Positions 43,483-53,119 of a stretch of 64,000 nucleotides of DNA are shown here, one piece after another (the first letter of the stretch is position 1; the number at the start of each line of letters is the position of its first letter). A program made the position numbers and the translations under genes. Where the stretch lies: contig VMSR01000302.1 in the NCBI GenBank assembly GCA_013792075.1, positions 75 through 64,074 of the forward strand, read 5' to 3'. Origin of the DNA: Desulfobacula sp. (lineage in GTDB: Bacteria; Desulfobacterota; Desulfobacteria; Desulfobacterales; Desulfobacteraceae). Below the pieces are notes generated by a model, which worked only from the letters and a program-made list of their open reading frames with translations, was not told where the DNA came from and made no database searches.

Positions 43483-46107
43483 ATGATTGAAATAAAAGAG
43501 TTGAGAGCTTTGCGTGGTCCCAATCGATATACCCGTCATCCGGTCATATTCATGGTTTTAGATATTAAGGATTACGAGCGCCGCCCTTCGGATAAAATCA
43601 AAGGCTTTTCAGATCGACTGGTGACACTCCTGCCGACCCTCCGGGAGCACGAGTGCTCCATCGGAAAACCCGGCGGATTTATCCAGAGGCTTGAGAAGGG
43701 GACCTGGGCCGGCCATATTATTGAGCATATTGCCATTGAGCTTCAATGTCTGGCTGGAATGGAGGTTGGATATGGGAAAACCCTGGGGACATTGCATAAG
43801 GGAATTTATATTGTGGCCTTCAGATATCTTGTAGAATCTGCAGGATTAAAAGCAGCCCAAGAGGCTGTATCCATATTTGAAGCAATTGCCGAAGAAGCGC
43901 TGTTTGATGTCAACCAGGTTATTTTTGAGCTCAAAATTTTGCGTGAAGATCATATGCTGGGACCCACAACCTGGAGTATCGTTAAAGAAGCCCTTTCAAG
44001 AGACATCCCCTTTATCCGTCTGAATGAAGAAAGCTATATCCAGTTAGGATACGGCGCCCATCAAAAACGGATTCAGGCGTCTATAACCGGCAATACTTCG
44101 GCCATTGCAGTGGAACTTGCCGATGAAAAGACAAGGGTCAAGATACATCTGAAAAAAGCCGGAATCCCGGTTCCGGACGGCCGGGTGGTTTCAACCCTGG
44201 AAGAGGCTGTTGCCGTTTTTCATGAAATTGGCACTGCTGTCGTTGTCAAGCCGGATGTCGGGAACCACGGGAATGGCTCCACGATCAATGTTACGGATCT
44301 GGATCAGTTAAAACAGGCCTTTCATGCAGCCAAAGCCTTTTACCCGGATGTGATTGTTGAAGAATATGTTCATGGGGGGGATTTCCGCCTTCTGGTCATT
44401 GACGGTAAAATGGTTGCCGCTGCCAGGCGGGAACCCGCACATATCGTTGGCGATGGTAAATCCTCCATCAGAACCCTGATTGAAATTGTTAATTCCGATC
44501 CCCTTCGCGGGTTTGGGCATGAAAAAGTTTTGACGCAGATAGAAATTGATGCCATGACCGACAGACTTTTGTCCCTCAGGGGATTTTGCCTGGACTCCCG
44601 GCCTGAGGAAGGAGAGAAAATTTATTTAAAGGCCACTGCCAATTTAAGCCAGGGGGGTACTGCCACAGACGTGACCGATGAGGTAAACCCGGAGATCCGC
44701 AGGATGGCAGAACGGGCCGCACTTATTATCGGTCTGGATTGTGTTGGCATCGATGCCCTGGCAAAGGACATATCCCTTCCTCTGGGCCTGTCCGGGATAA
44801 AAGTGGTTGAGGTCAATGCTGCGCCCGGGTTCAGGATGCATTTGGAACCCACCAACGGCCGGCCAAGGAATGTGGCAAAACCCTTAGTGGATATGCTTTT
44901 CCCGGGAGGATATGTTCAAACTCCGGTTATCGCAATCACAGGAACAAATGGCAAGACAACCACCAGTAAATTAATCGCCCATACATTGAAGTATTCGGGG
45001 AAAATTGTTGGGCTTGCCTGTACCACCGGTATCATAATCGACGGGAATCCTGTTCTGTCCGGGGACTACAGCGGCCCGGAAGGCGCCGGGATTGTCCTAA
45101 GGGAACCCACGGTGAACCATATCGTACTGGAAGTGGCCCGTGGCGGAATTGCAAGAAGGGGCCTTGGGGTTGCCGAGGTGGATGTGGGTGTGCTTTTAAA
45201 TATCGGCAAAGACCATCTGGGATGTGACTGGATCGAATCCCAGGAAGAATTGTCCCTGGTCAAGTCAACGGTCATAGAGGTTGTCAAAAAAACAGGGACT
45301 TCTGTTTTAAACGCAGAAGACAGTGTGACCATGAGCGTCCTGGATCGCGCCCGAGGAAATATTATTTTATTTTCCATGGACCCTGACAATCAGAAGATCG
45401 TCACCCATGTAAAGAATGGCGGAACCGTTGTCACCGTCGACAAGCGGAATGCCGTCATCCGGAAAAAAGAACTGGAGATCATTGTCTGCACCCTTGAAGA
45501 AATTCCCATCACCTTTGACGGAATCATCGACTTTAACATCGCCAACGCCCTTGCCGCCATCGGTGCCCTTCATGGGTTAGGCCTTCCCCTTGAACAGATT
45601 CGAAACGGGGTGATGACCTTCTATCCTTCCGTAAACCAGAATCCGGGCCGCATGAATTTATTTGATTTCCAGACATACAAGGTTCTTTTGGACTATGGCC
45701 ATAATCCGGAATCTGCCCGGGCCATGGCCACATTACTGCCACGGCTCTCACCAGGCAGAAAAATCGGGTTGTGTCACGGAACCGGCAGCAGGACCGATGA
45801 ACAACTCATTGAATTTGGAAAAGCACTGGCCCTGGTTTATGATTATGTCATACTGACCGATTTTGATCCCCGTCACAGGCCTGGGGGAGAAACCCAGGAC
45901 CTGGTTCACAAGGGACTGATTCAAGGCGGGCTTCCGGAAAACCGGATTGAAATTATTCCTGAACCGGACAAAGCGGTGGATTATATTTTTTCAAAGGCAG
46001 CGGCAGGGGATTTACTGGTCATCCAACCAAATGAACTTGAACCTGTCATGGGCCAAATCATGAAACGCTACCGGCAGAGGGTCACTGGGTCAATCTGCGT
46101 CCCGTAA
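43483..46107 (+). CDS. cphA: cyanophycin synthetase
   Basis: 874-aa ORF. The N-terminus MIEIKELRALRGPNRYTRHPVIFMVLDI is characteristic of CphA. An ATP-grasp region and a Mur-ligase-like half (ITGTNGKTTT) follow. Confidence 0.92.
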   Translation: MIEIKELRALRGPNRYTRHPVIFMVLDIKDYERRPSDKIKGFSDRLVTLLPTLREHECSIGKPGGFIQRLEKGTWAGHIIEHIAIELQCLAGMEVGYGKTLGTLHKGIYIVAFRYLVESAGLKAAQEAVSIFEAIAEEALFDVNQVIFELKILREDHMLGPTTWSIVKEALSRDIPFIRLNEESYIQLGYGAHQKRIQASITGNTSAIAVELADEKTRVKIHLKKAGIPVPDGRVVSTLEEAVAVFHEIGTAVVVKPDVGNHGNGSTINVTDLDQLKQAFHAAKAFYPDVIVEEYVHGGDFRLLVIDGKMVAAARREPAHIVGDGKSSIRTLIEIVNSDPLRGFGHEKVLTQIEIDAMTDRLLSLRGFCLDSRPEEGEKIYLKATANLSQGGTATDVTDEVNPEIRRMAERAALIIGLDCVGIDALAKDISLPLGLSGIKVVEVNAAPGFRMHLEPTNGRPRNVAKPLVDMLFPGGYVQTPVIAITGTNGKTTTSKLIAHTLKYSGKIVGLACTTGIIIDGNPVLSGDYSGPEGAGIVLREPTVNHIVLEVARGGIARRGLGVAEVDVGVLLNIGKDHLGCDWIESQEELSLVKSTVIEVVKKTGTSVLNAEDSVTMSVLDRARGNIILFSMDPDNQKIVTHVKNGGTVVTVDKRNAVIRKKELEIIVCTLEEIPITFDGIIDFNIANALAAIGALHGLGLPLEQIRNGVMTFYPSVNQNPGRMNLFDFQTYKVLLDYGHNPESARAMATLLPRLSPGRKIGLCHGTGSRTDEQLIEFGKALALVYDYVILTDFDPRHRPGGETQDLVHKGLIQGGLPENRIEIIPEPDKAVDYIFSKAAAGDLLVIQPNELEPVMGQIMKRYRQRVTGSICVP

Positions 46108-46223
46108 AATTTTCTTTACAAAGTTTATATCACTACTATAATAGATAAATTTTTGCCTATACCAAACAAGCATAAAAAAGACGGACACCCAATTTTGACC
46201 CTTCCTATTTTCGGAGAATAATT

Positions 46224-48052
46224 ATGATATCCCTGCATGCCCGCATCCCCCATCATTTGGTTACCAGAGATCTGGCAGCCGTTGCCATGGGGCAAAAACC
46301 GGCTGATTTGATTTTACGGAACGGAAAGCTTGTGGATGTGTGTACCGCAGGCATCATGGAAAAGTGTGATCTTGCCGTATATAAAGGATATATTGCGCTT
46401 GTGGGGGATGCGTCCCATGTATTAATCTCTGAAAAGACCCAGGTGGTGGATGCGAGTGGTAAATATTTGTGTCCCGGGCTCATTGATTCCCACATGCATG
46501 TTGAAAGTTCCATGGTGGATCTGCGGTCATTTACTGCAGGCGTCCTGCCCCACGGCACCACCACCATCTGTCCGGATATCCATGAAATTACCAATGTTCT
46601 TGGCATGGATGCCGTTCGGTTGTTTCAGGAAACTGCGGCCGATCTTCCCCTTAAGGTATTGACAGCCATGCCGGTCTGTGTGCCTTCGCTTCCGGGGATG
46701 GAAGATTCGGGCGCAACCATTGGTCCCCAGGATGTAAAGAATGCCTATGCTTCTGGATTGGCATTTTTGCAGGGGGAGCAGATGAACTTTCCAGGGGTGA
46801 TTTATGGCGATGAAATTGTCCATGAAATTGTGGGACACGGTCTTGCCGCTGACAAGGTTCTCACCGGGCATTATGACGGAGACGACCTGAATGCTGGCCT
46901 CAATGCCTATATTGCATCGGGTATGACGGCAGACCACGAGACCACCACGGCCAAAGGAGCCCGGGCCCGGGCCCAGCTTGGCATGTATGTCCAGCAAAGA
47001 TACGGCAGTGCCTGGTTGGATCTGCCCAATATTATCACGGCAATTACAGAAAATCCCGGAACAGACACACGGTTTTACACCATGGTCACCGATGATGTGA
47101 CCTCTGCCACCATTTTGGAAGAAGGACATCTGGACCGGGTGGTGAGAAAAGCGGTAAGTCTGGGTCTTAATCCCATTGTTGCCCTGCAGATGGTCACCAT
47201 CAATGCGGCTCAGTTTTTAGAACAAAGCCGGTGGCTCGGTTCTTTGACCCCGGGAAGAGCAGCCGATATTCTGGTTGTGGACAACCTGACGGATTTTACC
47301 ATTGAGCAGGTGTTTTGCGACGGGGTAAAGGTGGCTGAAAATGGTAAGATGCTAAGGCCTGTCTCTTTTTTCCAATATCCGGACTGGGCCGTCAATACCA
47401 TGTATATAAACAGTCTGTCTCCAGAAAATTTTTACATCCCGGCGCCCGGAACGGATACGGTAAGAACCCGGGTGATTCAATTGATACCCGGTCAAGTCCA
47501 TACCCGGTCAACCCAGGTTCAAATGCCGGTCATCAATGGTGCTTTAAGCGCGGATCCGGACAATGACATTGCCAAGGCCGGTATGTTTTTTCGGCATCGC
47601 CCCGACGGCCGGGCAGACAATAGCCGGGGATTGGGTCTTGTCTCCGGTACGGGGTTTAAGCCCGGCACTGCATATGCTGCAACGGTTTCCCATGACTGCC
47701 ATAACCTTCTGGTGGTGGGTACGGATGATGATGCCATGGCCCTGGCTGCCAATACCCTTATCGATCAGGCGGCGGATTGGTGGTGGTCCGGAAAAATCAG
47801 GTTCTTTCCCTTTTGCCCCTTCCTTTTGGCGGCCTGATGAGTCTTTCATCCATTGAAGTTGCTGCTGCAGGAATATTGTCCATTGAAAAGGCCCTGGGGG
47901 AGATCGGCTGCCCCCACCTGGCATTTGAAATGACCATGAGTCTTATGGGGCTTGTGGTTCTTGGCGAACTTCGCCTTTCCAACCGAGGATTGGTGGAAAT
48001 GAAGGACGGGCTGGCCCCCCGGTTTGTGGAACTGATCCTCCCGTCATTGTAA
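46224..48052 (+). pseudogene. ade: adenine deaminase, interrupted by a 1-nt frameshift near 47768 (ORF fragments 46224-47837 and 47777-48052)
   Basis: Motifs: GLIDSHMHVESSM and the amidohydrolase fold. The C-terminal conserved block VVVRKNQVLSLLPLPFGGLMS continues in the +1 frame. Restoring one G in caGGcggcgg would read ..LIDQGGGLVVVRKNQ.. Confidence 0.8.
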
Positions 48053-48118
48053 AATTTATTTTTGGTATTAGAATAAGGATAGGCAAACTTTCAACCGCCG
48101 CCTGATAGAGGAGAGAAT

Positions 48119-48685
48119 ATGGAAAACAATCCCCATCACCTGGTACTGGGCGAGTTATTAGATTTTTTAACGGGCGAAAAAAAAATAGATACCCATGATG
48201 AGCGGTATAGACAGAAAATTGCAAAACACCTGGTTCAAGCCTTGGGCTATGCAAAAAAAGACATTCAACAGAATCGATTGCTGAACGTCACTGCCGCAAA
48301 TCAAACGGCCAGGATACGGGTTGATTTTCTCGTTACCGCCCATGACAAAATCGGTATGCTGATTAAATATGCCCCAGGCTCCCTTGTGACCAGACGGCTT
48401 TCCAACCTGGCTGTTTCCAGGATCATTCTTCCTTACCAGGTGCCTGTTGTTGTGACCACCAACGGGGAGGATGCGGAAATTATCAATGGGCTGACCGGCA
48501 AACTGACGGATCAGGGGCTGGACGCCATTCCGTCAAAAAAAGAGTTGGAAAAAATAGATCCATCGGTTTCTTTTCCTTCCATATCAGAGATCTTGTATGA
48601 AAAGGCCTCCAGAATTGTCTATGCCTGTGAGGTGGATGGTGCCTGTCCCTGTGATACCGATGTGTGTGTGGTCCAATCCCGGTAA
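48119..48685 (+). CDS. HsdR-N-terminal-domain-like (type I restriction enzyme R N-terminal) protein
   Basis: 188-aa ORF. The pattern DFLTGEKKIDTHDERYRQKIAKHLVQALGYAKKDI recalls standalone HsdR_N-domain proteins. No hsdM or hsdS is nearby. Confidence 0.5.
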   Translation: MENNPHHLVLGELLDFLTGEKKIDTHDERYRQKIAKHLVQALGYAKKDIQQNRLLNVTAANQTARIRVDFLVTAHDKIGMLIKYAPGSLVTRRLSNLAVSRIILPYQVPVVVTTNGEDAEIINGLTGKLTDQGLDAIPSKKELEKIDPSVSFPSISEILYEKASRIVYACEVDGACPCDTDVCVVQSR

Positions 48686-48712
48686 GGCAGGTTTTTTAAA
48701 AATCAGGTTTCC

Positions 48713-51574
48713 TCAATTTGGGGACCCGGAATTCAGTATTTTGCCCAGATAATACCCGGTATAGGATTTTTTATGGGCAGCCACCTGTTCCGGTGTGCCC
48801 TGGGCCACAATGTATCCCCCCTTGTCTCCACCTTCGGGTCCAAGATCTATGATATGATCGGCACATTTGATCACATCCAGATTGTGCTCAATGACCACCA
48901 CGGTATTGTCGGCCTCCACCAGTTTGTCCAGCACAGATAACAACCGGTTGATATCATCGGAATGAAGACCTGTGGTGGGCTCATCCAGAATATAAATGGT
49001 GTTGCCGGTATTGCGTTTTGACAATTCTCTGGCAAGTTTTATCCGCTGGGCCTCTCCGCCGGAAAGGGTGGTGGCGGACTGGCCCAGTTTAATATAGCCA
49101 AGTCCGACTTCCACAAGGGTTGCAAGGGTATTTCGGATGGAGGCTATTTTTTCAAAGAATTGGACAGCCTGGTTAATGGTCATGTCCAGGATCTGGGCAA
49201 TGTTTTTCCCCTTGTATTTGATGTCCAGGGTTTCCCTGTTATACCGTTTTCCTTTACAGACGTCACAGGCCACATAGACATCGGGCAGAAAATGCATCTC
49301 GATCTTAATGATGCCGTCCCCGGAACAGGTCTCACATCTGCCCCCTTTTATATTAAAGCTGAAACGGCTTGGTTTATACCCCCGGGCCTTGGATTCCTTT
49401 GTTTTGGCAAACAATTCCCTGATATGGTTCAACACCTGGGTATAGGTACCGGGATTGGATCTCGGGGTTCTGCCAATGGCGGACTGGTCAATGTGGATCA
49501 CCTTGTCCAGATATTCAATTCCCTTTATTTCTTTGTGGCTTCCCACGGGCTTTCTTGAGTGGTTTATCTGGTTGGAAAGGGCCTGGTACAGGGTGGACAA
49601 TACCAGGGTGGATTTACCAGATCCCGAGACGCCTGTGACACAGGTAAAACATCCCAGGGGAAAGGACACATCCATTTTTTTTAGATTATTGGCGCAAGCC
49701 CCTAAAATAGTCAGTGATTTCCCATTGCCTTTTCTTCTGGTGTCCGGGATTTGTATTTTCCGTTTGCCGGAAAGATACAAACCGGTTAAGGAGACCTCAT
49801 CTAATAGCAATTGTTCCGGTGTGCCTGAAAAAACAATATTGCCGCCGTTGATACCGGCACCGGGTCCTATGTCAATGACATAATCCGAGGCAAGGATGGT
49901 CTCTACATCGTGCTCGACCACCAGGACGGTATTGCCAAGTGCCTTTAGGTTCATCAGGGTATTGAGCAATCTTGCATTGTCCCTCTGGTGAAGACCGATA
50001 CTGGGTTCATCCAGCACATAGATCACACCGGTAAGTTTTGATCCGATCTGGGTGGCCAGGCGGATTCTCTGGCTTTCCCCACCGGACAAGGTGGCGGCGG
50101 ACCGGTCCAGGCTCAGGTATTCCAGGCCCACATTTTCCAGGAATCCCAGTCGTGCTATGAGTTCTTTTATAATACTGTCTGCAATGACGCGCTCTTTTTT
50201 TCCAAGAAAGAGGTCGGACATAAACCGGACTGAATTCTGGATGGAAAGACCGGTAATTTCCCAAATGCTTTTCCCGTCAACCAAGACCGATCCGGATGCC
50301 TCATTCAGCCGTGTTCCATTGCATTTTGAACAGGTTTTAAAACTCATATAGCGTTTGATATCTTCCCTGACTGAAGCAGATCCTGTTTCGTTAAATCTGC
50401 GGTTTAAATTTGGAATCACCCCTTCAAAGGCCTTTTTATAGGTAATTTTTTTTCCGGCCCGCTCCACATAAAAGAGGATTTCTTCTTTTACGGAACCATA
50501 CAGGATTACCTTTTGAAATTTAGGGGATAAGGCCTTAAACGGTTTGTAAATGTCTTCCTTATAATGGGAAACCAGGGCATCCAAAAATTCCATGAATTGG
50601 ACTGAATCTTTGTTTCCCCAGGGAAGAACCGCCCCCTGACGAAGGGAAATGTTCTGGTCCGGCACAATCAGATCCGAATCAAATTGGGTGATGGCTCCCA
50701 AGCCGTCGCAATGGGAGCAGGCACCCTGGGGAGAGTTAAATGAAAAACTGGCAGGGGTAAATTCGGGATAACTGACCCCGCACCCCACACAGGAGGCATT
50801 TTCACTGAACAAGGTCTCGGTGTCATCGGTTAGGTTGATAAGGGTGACCAGGCCCTCGGACAGGGTCAGGGCCATCTCAAGTGAATCGGCCAGGCGCTTT
50901 TCAATTCCCGGCTTGATGACCAGGCGGTCCACAACAACATCAATGGTGTGCTTTTTGTTTTTATCAAGTGCCGGCACCTCTTCGATTAAAAAGATTTTTT
51001 TGTTCACCCGGACCCTGGCAAATCCCTCTTGTTTCATCCTGGCCAGCAGCATTTCATGGCTGCCTTTCTGGCCTGCTACCAAGGGGGCAAGGATCATGAT
51101 TTTAGATGTTTTTACAGATTTTTTATCTGTTGTGTCATCCATTGCAGCCATGATTCTGTCCGTAATCTGGTCGATGGACATGGAAGAAATGGGTTTTTTG
51201 CATTTGTAACAATGGGGGTGGCCCACCCTTGCAAAAAGCAGGCGAAGATAATCATAGATTTCCGTCACCGTTCCCACCGTTGACCGGGGGTTGTGACTGG
51301 CCGTTTTTTGTTCGATGGAGATGGCAGGGGAGAGGCCGATGATGGCATCCACATCCGGTTTGTCCATCTGTCCTAAAAATTGTCTGGCATAGGTGGACAA
51401 AGATTCAACATAGCGGCGCTGGCCTTCTGCATAAAGGGTGTCAAAGGCAAGGGTTGATTTGCCCGAGCCGGACAGCCCCGTGATGACCGTCAGGCTGTTT
51501 CTGAAAATTTCAACATTGATGTTTTTAAGGTTGTGTTCCCTGGCCCCCAGGATAACGATCTTGTCGGTATCCAT
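48713..51574 (-). CDS. uvrA: excinuclease ABC subunit A
   Basis: From the ATG at 51574: MDTDKIVILGAREHNLKNINV. Two ABC modules (GLSGSGKSTLAF, GVSGSGKSTLV), zinc-finger cysteines and LSGGEAQRIKLA. Confidence 0.95.
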   Translation of the reverse strand: MDTDKIVILGAREHNLKNINVEIFRNSLTVITGLSGSGKSTLAFDTLYAEGQRRYVESLSTYARQFLGQMDKPDVDAIIGLSPAISIEQKTASHNPRSTVGTVTEIYDYLRLLFARVGHPHCYKCKKPISSMSIDQITDRIMAAMDDTTDKKSVKTSKIMILAPLVAGQKGSHEMLLARMKQEGFARVRVNKKIFLIEEVPALDKNKKHTIDVVVDRLVIKPGIEKRLADSLEMALTLSEGLVTLINLTDDTETLFSENASCVGCGVSYPEFTPASFSFNSPQGACSHCDGLGAITQFDSDLIVPDQNISLRQGAVLPWGNKDSVQFMEFLDALVSHYKEDIYKPFKALSPKFQKVILYGSVKEEILFYVERAGKKITYKKAFEGVIPNLNRRFNETGSASVREDIKRYMSFKTCSKCNGTRLNEASGSVLVDGKSIWEITGLSIQNSVRFMSDLFLGKKERVIADSIIKELIARLGFLENVGLEYLSLDRSAATLSGGESQRIRLATQIGSKLTGVIYVLDEPSIGLHQRDNARLLNTLMNLKALGNTVLVVEHDVETILASDYVIDIGPGAGINGGNIVFSGTPEQLLLDEVSLTGLYLSGKRKIQIPDTRRKGNGKSLTILGACANNLKKMDVSFPLGCFTCVTGVSGSGKSTLVLSTLYQALSNQINHSRKPVGSHKEIKGIEYLDKVIHIDQSAIGRTPRSNPGTYTQVLNHIRELFAKTKESKARGYKPSRFSFNIKGGRCETCSGDGIIKIEMHFLPDVYVACDVCKGKRYNRETLDIKYKGKNIAQILDMTINQAVQFFEKIASIRNTLATLVEVGLGYIKLGQSATTLSGGEAQRIKLARELSKRNTGNTIYILDEPTTGLHSDDINRLLSVLDKLVEADNTVVVIEHNLDVIKCADHIIDLGPEGGDKGGYIVAQGTPEQVAAHKKSYTGYYLGKILNSGSPN

Positions 51575-51575
51575 A

Positions 51576-52616
51576 TTATTTGCCCGCCCTGTTTTTTTCC
51601 TGAAAGGCTGCCTGGTTCTTTGCCTGGAAAGCTGCCATATAAATGGCTTCCATAAGGCTTGTCGGGTCTGCAAGTCCCTTCCATGCAATATCATAGGCTG
51701 TCCCGTGGTCCACAGAGGTTCTGATGATGGGAAGCCCCAGGGTGGTGTTCACCCCGTCCTTGAAGTGAATCAGCTTGAAAGGGATCAGACCCTGGTCATG
51801 GTACATGCAGATAACGGCATCATAGTTTCCGTTAATGGCCTGGAAAAATATTGTATCCGGCGGCAGGGGGCCTTTAACGGGAAAGCCTTGTTCCCGGGCC
51901 AGGGCCACAGCAGGGGCAATTATTTTTTCTTCCTCATTGCCGAACATGGCGTTTTCCCCTGCATGGGGGTTCAGGCCTGCCACTGCAAGTTTCGGAGAAG
52001 AAATACCAAACCGATGGACAAGCGCATCCCGGGTCAGCCGAATGGTCTGGGTTATTTTTTCGATGGTCAGGCTTTCCGCCACCCGGCAAAGGGGGATGTG
52101 GATGGTCACAAGGACAACTTTCAGGCGGCTGCCGGCAAGCATCATGGCAAATTCCCGGGTACCGGTCTTGTCTGCAATCAGTTCGGTGTGTCCATGGAAA
52201 CGGGAACCTGCAATTTTCAGTCCGGTTTTGGTGATGGGGCAGGTGACCAGACCGTCTATCTTATTGTTCTGGGCCAGGTCTACACCCATGAGAATATAAT
52301 CCTGCATGGCCTTTCCCGTCTCAACGGTCGGAACGGACAGATTGGTTGCAGTTTCCGAAAGGCGGGACCCGTCGATAATGCAAATTGTTTTTGGATCTTC
52401 ACTATAGTCTGCCGGTCCGGCAATCGATATAAGAGAGAGCGGAATGGATAATAATTTTAAGGCTTTCTCAAGAATGGCAGTATCCCCGATGACAATAGGT
52501 CTGCACACGGCATGTATTTGGGAGTTGCCCAGGGCTTTTACAATGATTTCCGGGCCGATGCCGGCGGGGTCTCCCATGGAGATCCCGATGACAGGGCGTT
52601 TCTGGATTGGTTTCAT
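51576..52616 (-). CDS. pdxA: 4-hydroxythreonine-4-phosphate dehydrogenase
   Basis: Motifs: PVIGISMGDPAGIGPEI, GHTELIA, IRTSVDHGTAYDIA. The first ATG is at 52616; the longer listed ORF begins at a TTG. Confidence 0.9.
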   Translation of the reverse strand: MKPIQKRPVIGISMGDPAGIGPEIIVKALGNSQIHAVCRPIVIGDTAILEKALKLLSIPLSLISIAGPADYSEDPKTICIIDGSRLSETATNLSVPTVETGKAMQDYILMGVDLAQNNKIDGLVTCPITKTGLKIAGSRFHGHTELIADKTGTREFAMMLAGSRLKVVLVTIHIPLCRVAESLTIEKITQTIRLTRDALVHRFGISSPKLAVAGLNPHAGENAMFGNEEEKIIAPAVALAREQGFPVKGPLPPDTIFFQAINGNYDAVICMYHDQGLIPFKLIHFKDGVNTTLGLPIIRTSVDHGTAYDIAWKGLADPTSLMEAIYMAAFQAKNQAAFQEKNRAGK

Positions 52617-52652
52617 AGTTTTGTCACAAAAGTTGAAAGGGTTATTGGTCAA

Positions 52653-53119
52653 AAAATTTAAATATACTATTTGAAGGGGGAAGTGTAAATGAAATTGAAT
52701 TGTAAAATTGTGAAACCCTTATGAACTTCAGGTTTGAAAAATTTCATCAATTTTTATTAAATTCAAAGTAAAATAGAGAAAAACGGAGCAAACAGGAGAA
52801 AATAAATATCATAATCAGATGGGAAAAAGGGCGGATGGTAAAAATACCGTTGAAAAAGAGCTAGTTGTAGAAGTGGTTGGAATTTATAGAAATTTTTTTG
52901 TTTCACAGAAAATATTGAATAATTTCAATATTTTAAAAATTTATGCCAGACCAAATCCTAATCTTTTGCTAACACGGTCTATCCGAGTTGACCCCAAAAT
53001 CATATTCGCATAAAAAAACCTATACTTTTTTAATTGTCCGTTAGATTCACTTTAATTGTTACTTTTCGCTATTTATGCAACCACGTTTGATTTGGAAAGA
53101 AAGGCATTTTTGTCAACAA
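52653..53119. other. AT-rich intergenic region upstream of dnaA; candidate oriC / dnaA promoter region
   Basis: About 470 nt with no convincing ORF, very A+T rich with A/T tracts. Only 7-of-9 matches to TTATNCACA were found by eye (e.g. TGTTTCACA near 52898, TTATGAACT near 52719). Confidence 0.3.

Noticed and set aside
51438-52451. 337-aa plus-strand ORF spanning the uvrA/pdxA junction.
   Set aside because: It is antisense to two strongly recognisable genes (uvrA N-terminus, pdxA). Its translation has no recognisable motifs.
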